Positions 34,016 to 47,600 of a stretch of 64,000 nt of DNA are shown piece after piece; position 1 is the first letter of the stretch, and each line of letters begins with the position of its first letter. Below the pieces are notes generated by a model. The model ran no database searches, was not told where the DNA came from, and worked only from the letters and a program-made list of their open reading frames with translations. The position numbers were made by a program, and so were the translations under genes. Source of the stretch: Zancudomyces culisetae HAW-14-8 (taxonomy: Eukaryota; Fungi; Kickxellomycota); the NCBI GenBank assembly GCA_052426225.1, contig JBNJNM010000006.1:124001-188000 (forward strand). The letters run 5' to 3'.

Positions 34016-37000
34016 ATGACTGTTACAGATCAAAACAGAGCTAGCACACTAGTTGAGAATATAATCAGTGAAAATGAAGTGTCTGAAAGGCTCCAAAGGC
34101 TGACTAAAATGCTTGAAGCACACAATGAGTTGGTATTGCCTACAGATTACCCAAGGCCAGTGCCCTTGAAAGTAGTGGAAGCATCAGAGGATTTTCTGCT
34201 ACCAGATAACATAAGTATGAGTGTAATACAGTTGATGCTGCTTCACCAACAAAAGATGGCGCAGGAAAATGGATCCAGAGGAGAGGGGCCTTCTAGAGAA
34301 GACACAGTAACACCATTCACAGTTTTGTTGGCTGCGTTTGCAGTACTTTTGCATCGATATACGGCTAGCGAGGATGTGGTTGTTGGGAGCTCCAGCGAAA
34401 GCTCAAATGCTTTGGTTTTGAGAGTGCAAGTTAGTCCAACGGACACATTCATGGAAGTGTTGGACAAGGTTCAAAAAATTGAAAAAGAATCAGTGAATAA
34501 CCAGGTTCCATTTGATCAGCTTGTGAACGCTATTGCGAGGCAGCTAGAGAACAGCGGGAGAGCGGGAAGATCAGAGGCACAGCTTACAGCACTGAATTCG
34601 CTGTCCAGAATTCGATTCTACAATGCAATAGATACAACAGACATGATGCTTGAACAAATGATTTCGCAATCAACGGACTTGACAGTGTTCATCAGCCAGG
34701 AGTCCACGACTTCTTTGAGGCAAATGTTTCCAAGAATAAAAGTAAAAGTAGTGTATAACCAAGTTTTGTTTACAAGAATCAGAATCCTGCACATTCTGGA
34801 ACATTTGAAAAACGTGATATCTGCTGGAATGGAGTCGGCAATGATAGGGGCTACTGGTGATCAGAAAAACCATTTAGTGGGTTCGATCAATCTTGTCACT
34901 CCGCTGGATAAGAAAGTCTTGCCAGACCCAAATGAAGATTTGCACTGGGGGGAATTTCCAGGAAGCATTACCAGTATTTTTGCAAAGAATGCAACCGCAC
35001 ATCCAACCAAAAGATTTATAAGCGAAAGGCTACTTGGAAGTGACGGCAGACCAAAAGAACAGGTTGAATATAGTTATGAAGCAATATTCAACGCGTCCAG
35101 AATTGTAAGCAGAAAATTGAGGCTAGATGGGATAGAGCGGGGTGACGTGGTGGTGATATATGCATACCGTGGTGTTGATTTAGTTGTAGCGATTATGGGA
35201 GTTTTGATGTCTGGAGCTACGTTTAGCGTGATTGATCCCGCGTACCCGCCAGCAAGACAAAATATTTATCTTTCGGTTGCACAGCCAAGAGGATTGATAA
35301 TTCTTGGAAAGGCAGGATCAATCTCTGATGAGGTATCTGAGTATATAACCAAAAACCTCAGTATAACTAGCAGGATAAACGGATTGGGGCTTGAAAGCAG
35401 TACTGGAAAGCTTGTTGCGGAGGAAGGATGTTTGGAGCAAGCTAGTTCGCTTGTAAAAGCAAGTATCGATCCAATGGAGGATGTGGTTGAGGTTGGACCA
35501 GACTCGGTTGGAACACTTTCATTCACAAGCGGAAGCACAGGTATTCCAAAGGGTGTGCAGGGTAGGCACTACTCGCTTACGCATTTCTATCCATGGATGC
35601 GAGAGAAGTACGGCCTCTCAGAAAACGAGCGGTTCACCATGCTTTCAGGAATAGCACATGATCCAATTCAGCGAGACATTTTTACTCCCATTTTTTTGGG
35701 AGCCGAGTTGCATATTCCAACAACAGAAGACATTGGAATTCCTGGTCAGTTGGCAGACTGGATGGCAAAGAGTGAGATCACTGTTACACATTTGACACCA
35801 GCTATGGGTCAATTACTGGCAGCAAACGCAAGTGCCGCTATTCCATCTCTCAGGAATGCGTTTTTTGTTGGCGATTTGCTGACAAAGAGAGATTGTAACC
35901 GCCTTCAAGCACTAGCGCCAAACTGTGCAATAGTCAATATGTATGGGACGACAGAGACTCAAAGAGCAGTTTCATACAGTTTGATTCAGCCGCGAGCTGT
36001 TAACCCTACGTCATTGGCTTCCGCAAAAGAAATTATTCCTGCAGGGAGTGGGATGGTAGATGTACAATTGTTAGTAGTCAATCTAAACAACAAGCAACAC
36101 CTTTGTGGAGTTGGGGAGATAGGGGAAATTTATGTAAGAAGCGGTGGTCTAGCTGAGGGATATCTGCGCCTTGAGAAGGATACGGCAGAGAAATTTGTTA
36201 ACAACTGGTTTTCAAACATGACTACAAATCCCTCTGGGATGGGCACGAATGAGCACAAGTACTATTTGGGACCACGGGACCGAATGTATAAAACCGGGGA
36301 TCTTGGAAGGTATCGTCCAGATGGGGAGGTTGAGTGTATTGGGCGTGTGGATGACCAGGTCAAGATCCGAGGATTCAGGATTGAGCTGGGCGAGATCAAC
36401 AACATCCTGTCGCAGTATTCAATGCTAAGAGCTAGTGTGGTTCTGGTAAGAAGGGATAAGAACGAAGAGCAACAATTGGTTGGATACATAGTGATAGAAG
36501 AGAAAGAAGGAGAGGAGGGAAGAGCCAACAGACAAAAGGTAATAAGTGATATCCGTGAGTATTTGAAGCTTAAGCTTCCAAGCTACAGTATTCCCAGCGT
36601 ATTTGTTCCTATGAAAAAGCTACCACTAACACCAAATGGGAAGATCGATAAGGCAGCACTTCCATTCCCAGATACACCAATGTTTAGAAAAGGTACTGCA
36701 AATGAGCCAACACACTCGGCTAGCGATGCTGATAGTGCTGGGGAGGCTGGTACTACTGAGGGGGGTGCTATAGGATCCTTTGCCAAGAATTTGGGAGACA
36801 CCGAGCTAGCATTGGCAAAGATATGGGCTTCGTTGTTAGAACTTCCAAGTAATGTAACAATAGATAAATATTCAAGCTTTTTTGACCTTGGTGGACATAG
36901 TATTAGTGCAACGCGAATGATATTCCGAGTGAGGAATGAGCTGGTTTCTGAAGCACCATTGGGAATGGTGTACCAACATCCTACATTAACTGCAATGGCA

Positions 37001-38569
37001 TCAGCAATTGATGATATGATAAATTCATATAAACTTCCAGTCAGTGAAAATGGTATTGATGCAAACTCTAGAGCCCAGAGTAGTGTAAACATTGCCGTTG
37101 CAGATGCAAGTACAATTAACTATTCTGAAGACTACGAGCAGTTGATTGAAGAGCTTCGCAATGACTATCCAAAAGTAGATTCTTCAAAGGACATTCAGCC
37201 ATTACGTAGCAGTGGTACAGTTTCAGTTTTACTTACTGGGGCCACAGGATTCTTGGGTGCATATATACTAATGGAATTGTTAAACCAAAATGAGAATGCG
37301 GTGGTACATTGCTTGGTTCGCGCAAAGGACATTGAAAGTGGATTCCAGAGAATCAGAACTGCAGTCCAGTCCGCATCGGCATCTGGATCAGCTCAACTGC
37401 CGAATACGCAAGCCAGCGGATACCAATGGAACGAGGATTGGGTTAATAAAAATAGAATTCAAGTTATCTTGGGCGATTTGGCACAGCCAAGACTAGGCAT
37501 GTCACAGGAAACTTGGGATGAAATGGACTCAACCATAGACGTTATTCTTCACAACGGTGCAATGGTAAATTGGGTATGGCCCTATGATAAGCTAAGGAGT
37601 CCTAATGTGCTCTCAACAATGGAACTTCTACGAATCTCCAGTAACAAGCGGTTTGTATTCATCAGCAGCACATCAGTCCTGGACACCAACCACTATGTCC
37701 AGCTAGGAAACAAGGTCAATCCTACTTTGGTTTCCGGAGAGGGTGTTGGCGGTTCTGCAATTACTGGTGCTAATATCAGCACCAATAGCGGTGGTGTCCC
37801 CGAACAGGACGACCTGGAGGGAAGCAGACTGGACTTACGCAGTGGATATGGCCAAAGCAAATGGGTCTCAGAAAAGCTTTTGTTCTACGCACGAAACCAC
37901 ATGGGCTACCAAAATATATCGATTGTCAGACCAGGATATATAATTGGAGACTCGAGATCAGGCGTCACAAACACTGATGACTTTATATGGCGTCTGGTCA
38001 AGGGATGTATCCAGCTTGGAAAGTATCCAGTGATGGATAACATTGTCAATATGTGTCCTGTAGATTTTGTTTCAAGGGTGTCTTGTGGAATTGCGCTAAC
38101 TGGTGGTAGTACGCAGCTAGTTTACCACATCTATAACCACCAACAGATCAGGTTCAGACATATCTTTGACCAGATCTCTAGACTCGGCTTTGAGTTGACC
38201 CCTACCGAGTATATCGCCTGGCGTGATGAACTGTTCACATTCACTCTGAACAACAACGATTCCGCACTATTCCCCCTCCTTCATTTTGTTCTTGATGATT
38301 TGCCTACCTCAACCCTTGCTCCACAACTGAACACTACAAACACTGATTCTTTGTGTTCTCAGCTTGGGATCTCTTGTCCTGTGGTGCAAGAATTGTTTCC
38401 ATTGTACGCAGCATACTTGGTAGGTATAGGCTTCTTGGAACTACCTACTTCCTCCAACACATCATCTTCGGCAAGCAACACAAGGAACCCGCTTTTAGGA
38501 CTGCTTGAATCCAATGTCTACAAGTTTGCCAACGTCTTTTCCAGGAACAAGGCATCTTCCTCCAATTAG
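34016..38569 (+). CDS. LYS2: L-2-aminoadipate reductase (NRPS-like A-T-R enzyme)
   Basis: LPTDYPRP, SFTSGSTGIPKG, LSGIAHDPIQRD, NMYGTTETQR, YKTGDLGR, carrier site FFDLGGHS, reductase LTGATGFLG and GYGQSKW. Confidence 0.97.
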   Translation: MTVTDQNRASTLVENIISENEVSERLQRLTKMLEAHNELVLPTDYPRPVPLKVVEASEDFLLPDNISMSVIQLMLLHQQKMAQENGSRGEGPSREDTVTPFTVLLAAFAVLLHRYTASEDVVVGSSSESSNALVLRVQVSPTDTFMEVLDKVQKIEKESVNNQVPFDQLVNAIARQLENSGRAGRSEAQLTALNSLSRIRFYNAIDTTDMMLEQMISQSTDLTVFISQESTTSLRQMFPRIKVKVVYNQVLFTRIRILHILEHLKNVISAGMESAMIGATGDQKNHLVGSINLVTPLDKKVLPDPNEDLHWGEFPGSITSIFAKNATAHPTKRFISERLLGSDGRPKEQVEYSYEAIFNASRIVSRKLRLDGIERGDVVVIYAYRGVDLVVAIMGVLMSGATFSVIDPAYPPARQNIYLSVAQPRGLIILGKAGSISDEVSEYITKNLSITSRINGLGLESSTGKLVAEEGCLEQASSLVKASIDPMEDVVEVGPDSVGTLSFTSGSTGIPKGVQGRHYSLTHFYPWMREKYGLSENERFTMLSGIAHDPIQRDIFTPIFLGAELHIPTTEDIGIPGQLADWMAKSEITVTHLTPAMGQLLAANASAAIPSLRNAFFVGDLLTKRDCNRLQALAPNCAIVNMYGTTETQRAVSYSLIQPRAVNPTSLASAKEIIPAGSGMVDVQLLVVNLNNKQHLCGVGEIGEIYVRSGGLAEGYLRLEKDTAEKFVNNWFSNMTTNPSGMGTNEHKYYLGPRDRMYKTGDLGRYRPDGEVECIGRVDDQVKIRGFRIELGEINNILSQYSMLRASVVLVRRDKNEEQQLVGYIVIEEKEGEEGRANRQKVISDIREYLKLKLPSYSIPSVFVPMKKLPLTPNGKIDKAALPFPDTPMFRKGTANEPTHSASDADSAGEAGTTEGGAIGSFAKNLGDTELALAKIWASLLELPSNVTIDKYSSFFDLGGHSISATRMIFRVRNELVSEAPLGMVYQHPTLTAMASAIDDMINSYKLPVSENGIDANSRAQSSVNIAVADASTINYSEDYEQLIEELRNDYPKVDSSKDIQPLRSSGTVSVLLTGATGFLGAYILMELLNQNENAVVHCLVRAKDIESGFQRIRTAVQSASASGSAQLPNTQASGYQWNEDWVNKNRIQVILGDLAQPRLGMSQETWDEMDSTIDVILHNGAMVNWVWPYDKLRSPNVLSTMELLRISSNKRFVFISSTSVLDTNHYVQLGNKVNPTLVSGEGVGGSAITGANISTNSGGVPEQDDLEGSRLDLRSGYGQSKWVSEKLLFYARNHMGYQNISIVRPGYIIGDSRSGVTNTDDFIWRLVKGCIQLGKYPVMDNIVNMCPVDFVSRVSCGIALTGGSTQLVYHIYNHQQIRFRHIFDQISRLGFELTPTEYIAWRDELFTFTLNNNDSALFPLLHFVLDDLPTSTLAPQLNTTNTDSLCSQLGISCPVVQELFPLYAAYLVGIGFLELPTSSNTSSSASNTRNPLLGLLESNVYKFANVFSRNKASSSN

Positions 38570-40839
38570 TATTGGTATTAGCGTTACTTTTTTTTTTTGT
38601 AATTTTTTATCATAATTATTTTTCGTGATCAAACCACCCATTAATTTGAATGTATAAACTGACGTCATGGTATTCAACCTTAACGATAACATTTTGATTG
38701 TGTAGTTTTTATTCTTTGCGCAGGTAACTATCTCCGCTCAAACTTGTAAATCTAAGAATTGTGGATATTAGTACTATTGAAATAGAGGCAATGTCAAACC
38801 CATGAAGATCGATATGGGAGTTTGTTGGATGTATGTTGTGGAAGATTTTTTTAGTAGTGGTTTTGCATCTTGAACCAACATCTGGTGCGAAATGAGTCCC
38901 TAACAGAGGGGGGGGTGGTACTTTCAGAAGTCTGCTGGAAGGTATTATATGATTTGGCTTGTTAGTGACTTTGAGATATAGTTTTTCAAACCCATATGTT
39001 AAATAGTTGTTACAAAAAGTTTCAAAAACTAATCAACTTTCCTTTTTTGAAGTTAATTATTTTTCTGGGTTTTAGAACACAGGAGAATTAGTAACATAAT
39101 TGCACAAGGAATTCATTTAATAAACATCACATAAAACACTATAAAAAGATAATCCCACATAATACTAACCCAATCAATCACGCCCGCCCTTCAAGAAACG
39201 TTGTGTCCACAGGAAGTTAGTTTAAAGTGTCATGGATTTAACTATTTTTTTTTATTCGATGAACTTTTTAAACATATAAACATCACAAATGAATTTAAAA
39301 TTGTTGCAATTTAGACTGTCCAATTTATTATAAATTGTTCTGGGTTCTGGAAAACAAAAAAAAAACAAATATTGTTGCGTTAGTTATTCTTAATTTGTAA
39401 TCCAACTTTTGCCTTTAGTTCTTGCAAATATAAATCAGTCTATAATCCGAAAAAGGACGACCTGGTAAACAACAAAAAATATAATAATATTAATAATCAT
39501 GTTCGTTGGCGTAAATTGTTTCGAAAAGCATTGGCAAAAAAAAATAACTATGCAAAGATTAATCGGATGCTCATATAGAACAAAACACCCAACATGAAAT
39601 AAAAGTGGTCTATCTGACACCCCCCCCCACCCCCTCCCTCTAATATGAATCGTTTCTCGCTTTCTCTACCTCTTTCTCAAACACCGTGTTTAGAGAGATA
39701 TCTTGTGCACCCGTACAAAATAACATCACGTTGAATTAATTTTACAAGAAAAATTCATGGTGTGGAATAAATTGCTGAATAGTTTATAAAAGCTATGGTG
39801 TTGTGTCCCATTAAATAGCATCGTTTTTTAGCGAATAAAATAGTAATGTGTATAATTTGCAAATCATCGGAAAATCTTCCCCCAACAAATATAACAACTT
39901 GTATTACTCTAACCCGCTAAATTAAATAAAAATAAAAGGTTGACAACAATAATGGAATACTGCACATATTCTCAAACCTAACTCGACGGGCTATTACACT
40001 AATGTGTATATATTCTCCTCTACATTTATCTTGGTTTTTGTTTTCCCACTGGAAACAAAGAAGAATACATTGAAAATTTGCAAATGTGTTTATTATACAA
40101 CAAAAGCGTGAAGTCCGTTGGTACACTAGCATGATTGTCCTTTTTGCACCAGGTGTGATGGCATTGGGCGTAAATTAACCGAAATCGATCTATGCTCATT
40201 TTTTCCCACATATTACATAAGATGTAATTCAGATTAATGTACAAACCTTTCACTGATCCGTCTTAACTCAGGCTTGGATTTTATATGTGTCTTATCAATT
40301 ATGTATCAATATATTGTGCTGTATATTGTTATTTGAAATACAATTATAAAGAGCTAGATAAGTTTAATATGAATAAGTGACTTGCAAGAGAGTGAGCTTG
40401 AATATGGCGTGCATTAACAAATTAATTAAATTTGGATTTAGATGCAGGATGTTATTTAATTGAATCATAATAAATAAATAACTAATTGGTTATAAAAGAA
40501 ATAAACTGTAGTAATTAGTATAAACATTCATCCCACCAGTTTTAAAATGGTATCTGTGATAATTAAGGTACAAACAACAAAAGAAAGCCTGTAAAAAGGC
40601 TGAACTTCCTGCTTCTTAATAAGTAAAATACTACGAAATTATAGCAAAGTCACTGGAGTTAATATATTTGATGAATTCAGTTTATAAAATCAACTTATAG
40701 TAAATTAATGAACCATCGATATGAATTTCTTTTTGTCAAATATCAAACGACAAAAGGCAGTGCAAAATACCATTCTGAACCTAGTGTAGTTAATTGAATT
40801 ATAGTTTGGTCATAATGCCTAAATGATTGTATAAAGAAG

Positions 40840-40847
40840 TATATAAA
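40840..40847 (+). promoter_or_regulatory. TATA box of paralog A
   Basis: TATATAAA 105 bp upstream of the ATG; same spacing in paralog B (47803-47810). Confidence 0.7.
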
Positions 40848-40944
40848 GGGAGCCAGAAACACCCACTTTGTTACAACAACTCGTTTTTACAAAAACCCAC
40901 TCCTTATTTCCTTTCTAGTACTCGTTAAGAAAAACTAACTTATA

Positions 40945-43209
40945 ATGAAGATAAGCACATTATACGGTGCCTTATACACCACACTCCTTACTACTTCAGT
41001 ATTGGCTGGAGAAGTACAGGGAAAAAGAGCAGTTCGTAACATTGAAAACCTTCACAAGAGAGAAGCAGCCAGGTTATTGCGCAGACAGGCCGCTGTACAA
41101 ACTATAACCATTCCTGGCTTTACAGCCAGTGATATAACTGTTACTGGCACTACGATGGATGCTGTAACTGTTCCTGGAACTACAGTTGATGCTGTGATAG
41201 TACCTGGAACTACAGTTGAGGATGTGATAGTACCTGGAACTACAGTTGAGGATGTGATAGTACCTGGAACTACAGTTGAGGATGTGATAGTGCCTGGAAC
41301 TACGGTTGAGGATGTGATAGTACCTGGAAGTACTGTTGATGATGTGATAGTACCTGGAAGTACTGTTGATGATGTGATAGTACCTGGAAGTACTGTTGAT
41401 GATGTGATAGTACCTGGAACTACGGTTGAGGATGTGATAGTACCTGGAACTACGGTTGATGATGTGATAGTACCTGGAACTACAGTTGATGATGTGATAG
41501 TACCTGGAACTACAGTTGATGATGTGATAGTACCTGGAACTACAGATGCCGATACTACAGTAGCCGAAAGCACAATATTTGGAACCACAGTAGCCGAAAG
41601 CACAATACTTGGAACCACCGTAGCCGAAAGCACAATACTTGGAACCACAGTAGCCGAAAGCACAATACTTGGAACCACAGTAGCCGAAAGCACAATACTT
41701 GGAACCACAGTAGCCGAAAGCACAATACTTGGAACTACAGTAGCCGAAAGCACAATACTTGGAACCACCGTAGCCGAAAGCACAATACTTGGAACCACCG
41801 TGGCAGATAGCACAATACTTGGAACCACCGTGGCAGATAGCACAATACTTGGAACCACCGTGGCAGATAGCACAATACTTGGAACCACCGTGGCAGATAG
41901 CACAATACTTGGAACCACCGTGGCAGATAGCACAATAGCTGGAACTACAATCTCGGATGGTGTAGTAACTGGAACCACAATTGCTCCAAGCACATTTACA
42001 ATAACTGGCCCAACTACAATTCCAGGTTTGACAATCCCAGGTGTAGTGACAATCGACGGCTTTACATCTACAGATTCTTCAGTACCAACCACTGGCTACC
42101 CAACTGTCGCTCCAACCACCGGATACCCAACTGTTGCCCCAACAACAGGCTACCCAACTGTTGCCCCAACCACAGGCTACCCAACTGTTGCCCCAACAAC
42201 AGGCTACCCAACTGTCGCTCCAACCACAGGCTACCCAACTGTCGCTCCAACCACCGGATACCCAACTGTTGCCCCAACCACAGGCTACCCAACTGTCGCT
42301 CCAACAACTGGCTATCCAACTGTCGCTCCAACCACTGGCTACCCAACTGTCGCTCCAACAACTGGCTACCCAACTGTCGCTCCAACAACTGGCTACCCAA
42401 CTGTTGCACCAACCACCGGATACCCAACTGTTGCACCAACCTACACTAGCAACCCAATCACCACCTATATTCCATGTGTCCCAACCACTACCACATCAAC
42501 TGCATATCCAACTGCCCCAACTACCATCACCACCACTGTTACAGTTCCAGGATGCCACTACTGCACTGTTGTGACAACCATCACTGTTACTCCAAACACC
42601 ACAGGAACCCCAGGTTGTGAAACTGAACCAGTAACCGTAACTGTTACTCCAAGCACCCCAGGATGTACTTACTGTACCGTTCCAAGCACCATTACCTACA
42701 CACCTAGCCCAACAACTGCAACTGTGACTGTATACCCTACCGCACCAACCACCATTACAATCACCCCAAGCACTCCAGGATGTACTTACTGCACTGTACC
42801 AACCACCATTACTTATACTCCAGTCCCAACTACAACCACCTACACTTCTGGCCCAACAGTAGTAACCACAACAGTATATCCTACCACATCAATCACAATC
42901 ACTGTCTACCCACCAGCACCACCAACCGTTGCACCAACCACTGGATATCCAACTGTTGCACCAACCCCAGCACCAGAATGTGTCTGCCCAGTTGCCCCTA
43001 AGCCAACAAACTGCGTTCCAGTTACTCAATACCTAGCAACGGTTACTGTAACTCCAACCGTCACAGTCACAGCCACAGCCAGCTGTGAAGTAGTGACATA
43101 CTACCCAACTGCCAAGACAACAACCACCACTACTACCTCATCTGAAGATACTGAGATTTGTGTCACAGAGGCTGTAACATCAACAGTTGTTGTGACTGCA
43201 GCATACTAA
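40945..43209 (+). CDS. Secreted Thr-rich tandem-repeat protein, paralog A (mucin/adhesin-like), 754 aa
   Basis: Signal peptide, dibasic KR/KR/RR propeptide, 13 x 10-aa DVIVPGTTV[DE], 13 x 10-aa GTTVA[ED]STIL, 13 x 9-aa TTGYPTVAP, Cys/Thr-rich tail. Confidence 0.92.
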   Translation: MKISTLYGALYTTLLTTSVLAGEVQGKRAVRNIENLHKREAARLLRRQAAVQTITIPGFTASDITVTGTTMDAVTVPGTTVDAVIVPGTTVEDVIVPGTTVEDVIVPGTTVEDVIVPGTTVEDVIVPGSTVDDVIVPGSTVDDVIVPGSTVDDVIVPGTTVEDVIVPGTTVDDVIVPGTTVDDVIVPGTTVDDVIVPGTTDADTTVAESTIFGTTVAESTILGTTVAESTILGTTVAESTILGTTVAESTILGTTVAESTILGTTVAESTILGTTVAESTILGTTVADSTILGTTVADSTILGTTVADSTILGTTVADSTILGTTVADSTIAGTTISDGVVTGTTIAPSTFTITGPTTIPGLTIPGVVTIDGFTSTDSSVPTTGYPTVAPTTGYPTVAPTTGYPTVAPTTGYPTVAPTTGYPTVAPTTGYPTVAPTTGYPTVAPTTGYPTVAPTTGYPTVAPTTGYPTVAPTTGYPTVAPTTGYPTVAPTTGYPTVAPTYTSNPITTYIPCVPTTTTSTAYPTAPTTITTTVTVPGCHYCTVVTTITVTPNTTGTPGCETEPVTVTVTPSTPGCTYCTVPSTITYTPSPTTATVTVYPTAPTTITITPSTPGCTYCTVPTTITYTPVPTTTTYTSGPTVVTTTVYPTTSITITVYPPAPPTVAPTTGYPTVAPTPAPECVCPVAPKPTNCVPVTQYLATVTVTPTVTVTATASCEVVTYYPTAKTTTTTTTSSEDTEICVTEAVTSTVVVTAAY

Positions 43210-43609
43210 CTACTAAATTGATACACCTGGTCCTAGCTACATGATTCTATCCAATTAATATATCTAATTTTTTTGATAGCTATTAGTTTGTTTTTTTGAT
43301 TGTAGTTGAGGTAAATAAATACATTTATTTCTGGTAGATGAGGCTAATAGCAAGTTTATTGGAACAATCCATGAAGACTATATATTTGGTTTGATTATAG
43401 GTAAAGGATATACTCAATAAGTTTAGTTATCATTATTATTATTATTCAGCGATGGAACTATTTTGATTTTATAGTAGCAAATTCGGGTAAAGGGGTTTAG
43501 GTCTATATGTATTGGTTACTGATGCTCAAATTACTAAAATAATGCAATATTTAGAATTCGAAAACGAAAACTAAAAAGGTCAAGATCTTTGGTTAAAGCC
43601 TTTGTTTAA

Positions 43610-44650
43610 TTATTTTATTACTTTTGCAACACTAATTATATGTTGAATGTTGAAACGAAAAGATAGTAAAATATATCGACTTCCTCTATAACAGTCCAGA
43701 ATCCCAGCATTTTCTGAATAATCAAAAGTTGTCCTACACATCAAATACACATCTGGTTCATTTAATACCGCTCTTTTAAAAAGTTTCAAAGTATAGTAGC
43801 TATAATTTCTAGCATCAAGAGATTCAATTAAATTTGATTTTTCCTCGAATAGTACAAACCATGAAACTAGTTCAGATAGGTAATATACCCACTCGTCATC
43901 CTCATCCAAGTAGTCCCGATAATTTTTAATTGTTTTTCTCGCTATATTCTTGTTGAATCTTGCTTTGTAGATACATGGCATCAATCTCTGAAACATTACT
44001 CCCATATACTGTCGTTTCCACACACTTCTCAATCTCGACTTTCTGTTTTACCGTATTTAAACATTTATAAAAAGCAAACACTATTCCGATAAGTTGAGCT
44101 TCTGCATTAACGCTACTAATTGGAGTTTGTACTTTGTCTCTTATAATCTTATTGCCTTCAAAGCTATAAGAGTGTTTATAGCCGTATCAATTTCAAATTT
44201 TATGCTGATATTTATATTTTGTATTTTTAGATTTAGTTGCGACATTGTTAGCTTGTTGCTTTTATCAAACCCAAAAATATCCAATATGTTTTGTACATAG
44301 CTATTGAGAGTGTGTTTGTCTCACTCGCTGTCTCTGATACTTCTTAACACTGGTGCAATTCATTTATATATGTCGTTATTGCTAACCTCATTCATTAACT
44401 GCGTGATTCCACTTTTACAGTGTGTCCTTGAGCTCAAGAGAGTCATGATCGGTTTTTTTGAACACTTTATATTGTTGTATTCTGTTACTATATCACCCGA
44501 TCCAGTAAAAATCAAGTTAAATTTTTTCCTATTTATCCACTTTTTCAAGTTCACTCTTATAACGATTATAAATCCTTCTGACTTAACGTAGAACTGCATA
44601 AGTGGTAACAACAGTATACATCTTAGATTGCTAGTTTCTTCTTGCACTAC
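43610..44650 (-). pseudogene. Possible decayed gene of unknown function
   Basis: Two co-oriented ORFs (140 and 95 aa) joined by coding-like DNA with stops; no motif recognised. Confidence 0.3.
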
Positions 44651-47600
44651 ATACTAAATTTTATAAACCCCTTCTTTGCCTCTTCCAGAAGCTTTTTATT
44701 CACACTAAATCCATTTCGTCAGTGTATTCCATCCCTCAACTTAGTAATTTGAGCTCTCTATCTTTATCTATCATCTGGTTATTATCCGACTTTCTTAATT
44801 GATGGTAACCAGGCGATATATGAAAATGGACAACTAAAATTATTAAATAGAATATTCAAATTTACCGACGAAGAGTTATTTGGTGTAAATTAAAAATTTA
44901 CGAAGCAAAAAAGCAATTTAGAATATTCATCAGTAGAAGCAAGAGGAGAATATAAACTTGAGATATATACTATCATCATCATTTATGGAGTTCCACGATA
45001 TATCTTTTCTCCATTTAGTTGTTGAGTCAAACTTTATATATAATTTTTTCCGTAATATATGTAGAAAAGTACAATGCTTGGTTTACGGTTTCAATTCAGA
45101 TTACTTATAGACTTCAACTGAAATGGGTGATAAAAATCAGTGTCAAATGGAGTGTAATGATGTCTTTTTTTCTACCTATTCTTAAGATGCTTTGTACTTT
45201 TTCTTGGTGTGACAGTTTTTTTTACTGTTTTAAAACATACATAGTAAATATCAGAACCAGCCCCAAAAGAAATTAAAGTACATAAGAGAACCTTTTTTCT
45301 AATATTAGTAAAGGTTACTTTTAAAAAGCGAAAACTATCATGAATATGACATTATAAGATTTTGGATTGGTATTATTACAATAATGGTACAAAATCTTTA
45401 TTTAAAATCAACATTTAGGTTGTGTCAACTTTATTCACTAGAGTAGCATTTCTAAGTCAAAACTATGGTCTTAATTATAAATAATAGTACAAGTTTATTT
45501 TGGTTTATTACACAAGTATATGCAAAGAATATTTTTTAGAAATGAAATCCTTAGAATAAGTTATTAATTTGTTCTAAATAAAAAACTCATTTTAAACAAG
45601 ATGAATATTACCTAGTGTCAATTGTGACATTTTACTAATAAAAAAACATAATAACGCATGCAAAAGAATGCGAGAGTCATCATACTTTGTGTAAATACCT
45701 ACTAACGAGCAAAGTGTTTGACATGCTAGATTATTTTCATTAGCTTGTGTTATGAATTGGTAAGCAAATATGCGTGTATTGACAACTACAGCCGTAAAAA
45801 CAACATGTACTATTTCCTTTTGAACCAAAAAAACAATAACCAACTGACACACATACACAAGGTCAACTCGACATAGATTTGAGTAATTGAGGCTAGTATT
45901 AACTTTTTCAATAATGATAAGGTGACTCGGATGTTTCCAAGCCAGGACAAGACGCAAAATGTGATTTACAGTTGCATTCACTGATACATAAACTACAGTC
46001 AATTAAAATGCATAAAGATCAAATGTCTGGGTTTATTCCACGAGTTTGTTTAATATTGAAATACACAAATTAAAAGTGACATAGCCTCTAGAACTCACAT
46101 AACAAGCTACGACATCCTATTAAATGGTCTAATATTATTACATCTATAATTGTTTAATATTGACATTATTGCAAACTAGAAATGTAAATATATGATTTAT
46201 TAATCTCTATATGCTACTTTTGTGTCTCAGCATCGAATAGGCTAGTGATAACATTAATATTATAGTCATGTATATTTAAAATAATAATCTCGCAAGTGCA
46301 CTAGTATTTCTGGTTTTCCGCATTCTAATGTCTTTTGTTATTTTTGTCCAAGGGTAGATGCACATATTGACGGGGTATTGATAGCAAAATAGGCTATTCT
46401 ACATCTATTATAGCCTGTAAATAGCTGGACATCAAGATATGTTGCAACCAATATTCACCCAAAGTTAGTATTTAAGAATATAATTGATTAATTATTTCAT
46501 CTATCTATATTGCGCATATCTTCAATACATCATGAGTTCAGCTGTAAAAAAAACAACAGAAATCAATATCAATTAATTTGAATAATAAACATGCCCAATT
46601 CCACTGAGCTCAGATTATGCTGTCTTTTTTATTTAGTCTTTTTTAATAACACAACTATTTATGAAGATTTTTCAATTTCATAGATATTTAGGTTTATCGA
46701 GTTTTTATATACCAGGGAATTTTCAGGGGTTGCAGAAAACTGAAGTAGTTAAGACTCAATTTCATCAAGCAGTTTTGCTGTATTTATCTAATTGCGATTT
46801 AATGAATTTCTGTTACAATCCATTCCCTGGAGTAGGAAGCTAATTCGTTTGATGTGTATTTTTCGAAACGTTTTATTTTTTTAAGCATTTTTTGGTGTAT
46901 TTCATGAGCTAAAAAAAAAGATTTAGGTATACTAGCTATTAACTTCAGATGCGCAGAATTAATGAAATTAGTGAAATGTGCTAGCACAAAACATAATAAA
47001 TGGTCAAACAAATGTGCCCAATTAACGAAACTTTTGGGCAACAAAAAGCATGGAATGTATTTTTATAATCAGTCATCCCATTAATAAAAGCTTTTGTGTT
47101 GTTTGCTTTGTAAATCGAAGTAAAAAAATAAATACAGTAATCAAACTATATTCGGAGATAGAATTGATTTGATTTGATGATAAATGTCTTGTGAATTAAA
47201 TTCTGCAGATTTTCCTATTCATTTCATGAGCATTATCAAATCTAAACTAATTCAGTCTAAGCACGATAGTCGTAAATAATAAAACACATCCTTTAGCAAA
47301 GGCAATAATTTATAAAAATATCACCATCAAGAGATCGATAGTTTTCAATATTCAATGCAACGCTAGCTTTCGCAGTTTTGAACTGACTTTAGCACTAACC
47401 AATAGTATGCAAAGGTAATATCTTTCGTTTCCTAAATAAGAACTGTGAGGATAGACCTAAATCTTGAAATGGCTTGAATAGTTATGGTAAGTTATACAAC
47501 TCCCACTTTAAATCTTAGCGTTCAATAGGTTTGGAAAATAAAATAAAATGTTGGGTAAGAACAACAAAGCTTCAACCAACAATTGGTGGATATACCAGCA

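Noticed and set aside
34016-38569. Secondary-metabolite NRPS or horizontally acquired gene
   Set aside because: The A-T-R layout and motifs are those of the housekeeping fungal Lys2, and no cluster genes are nearby.
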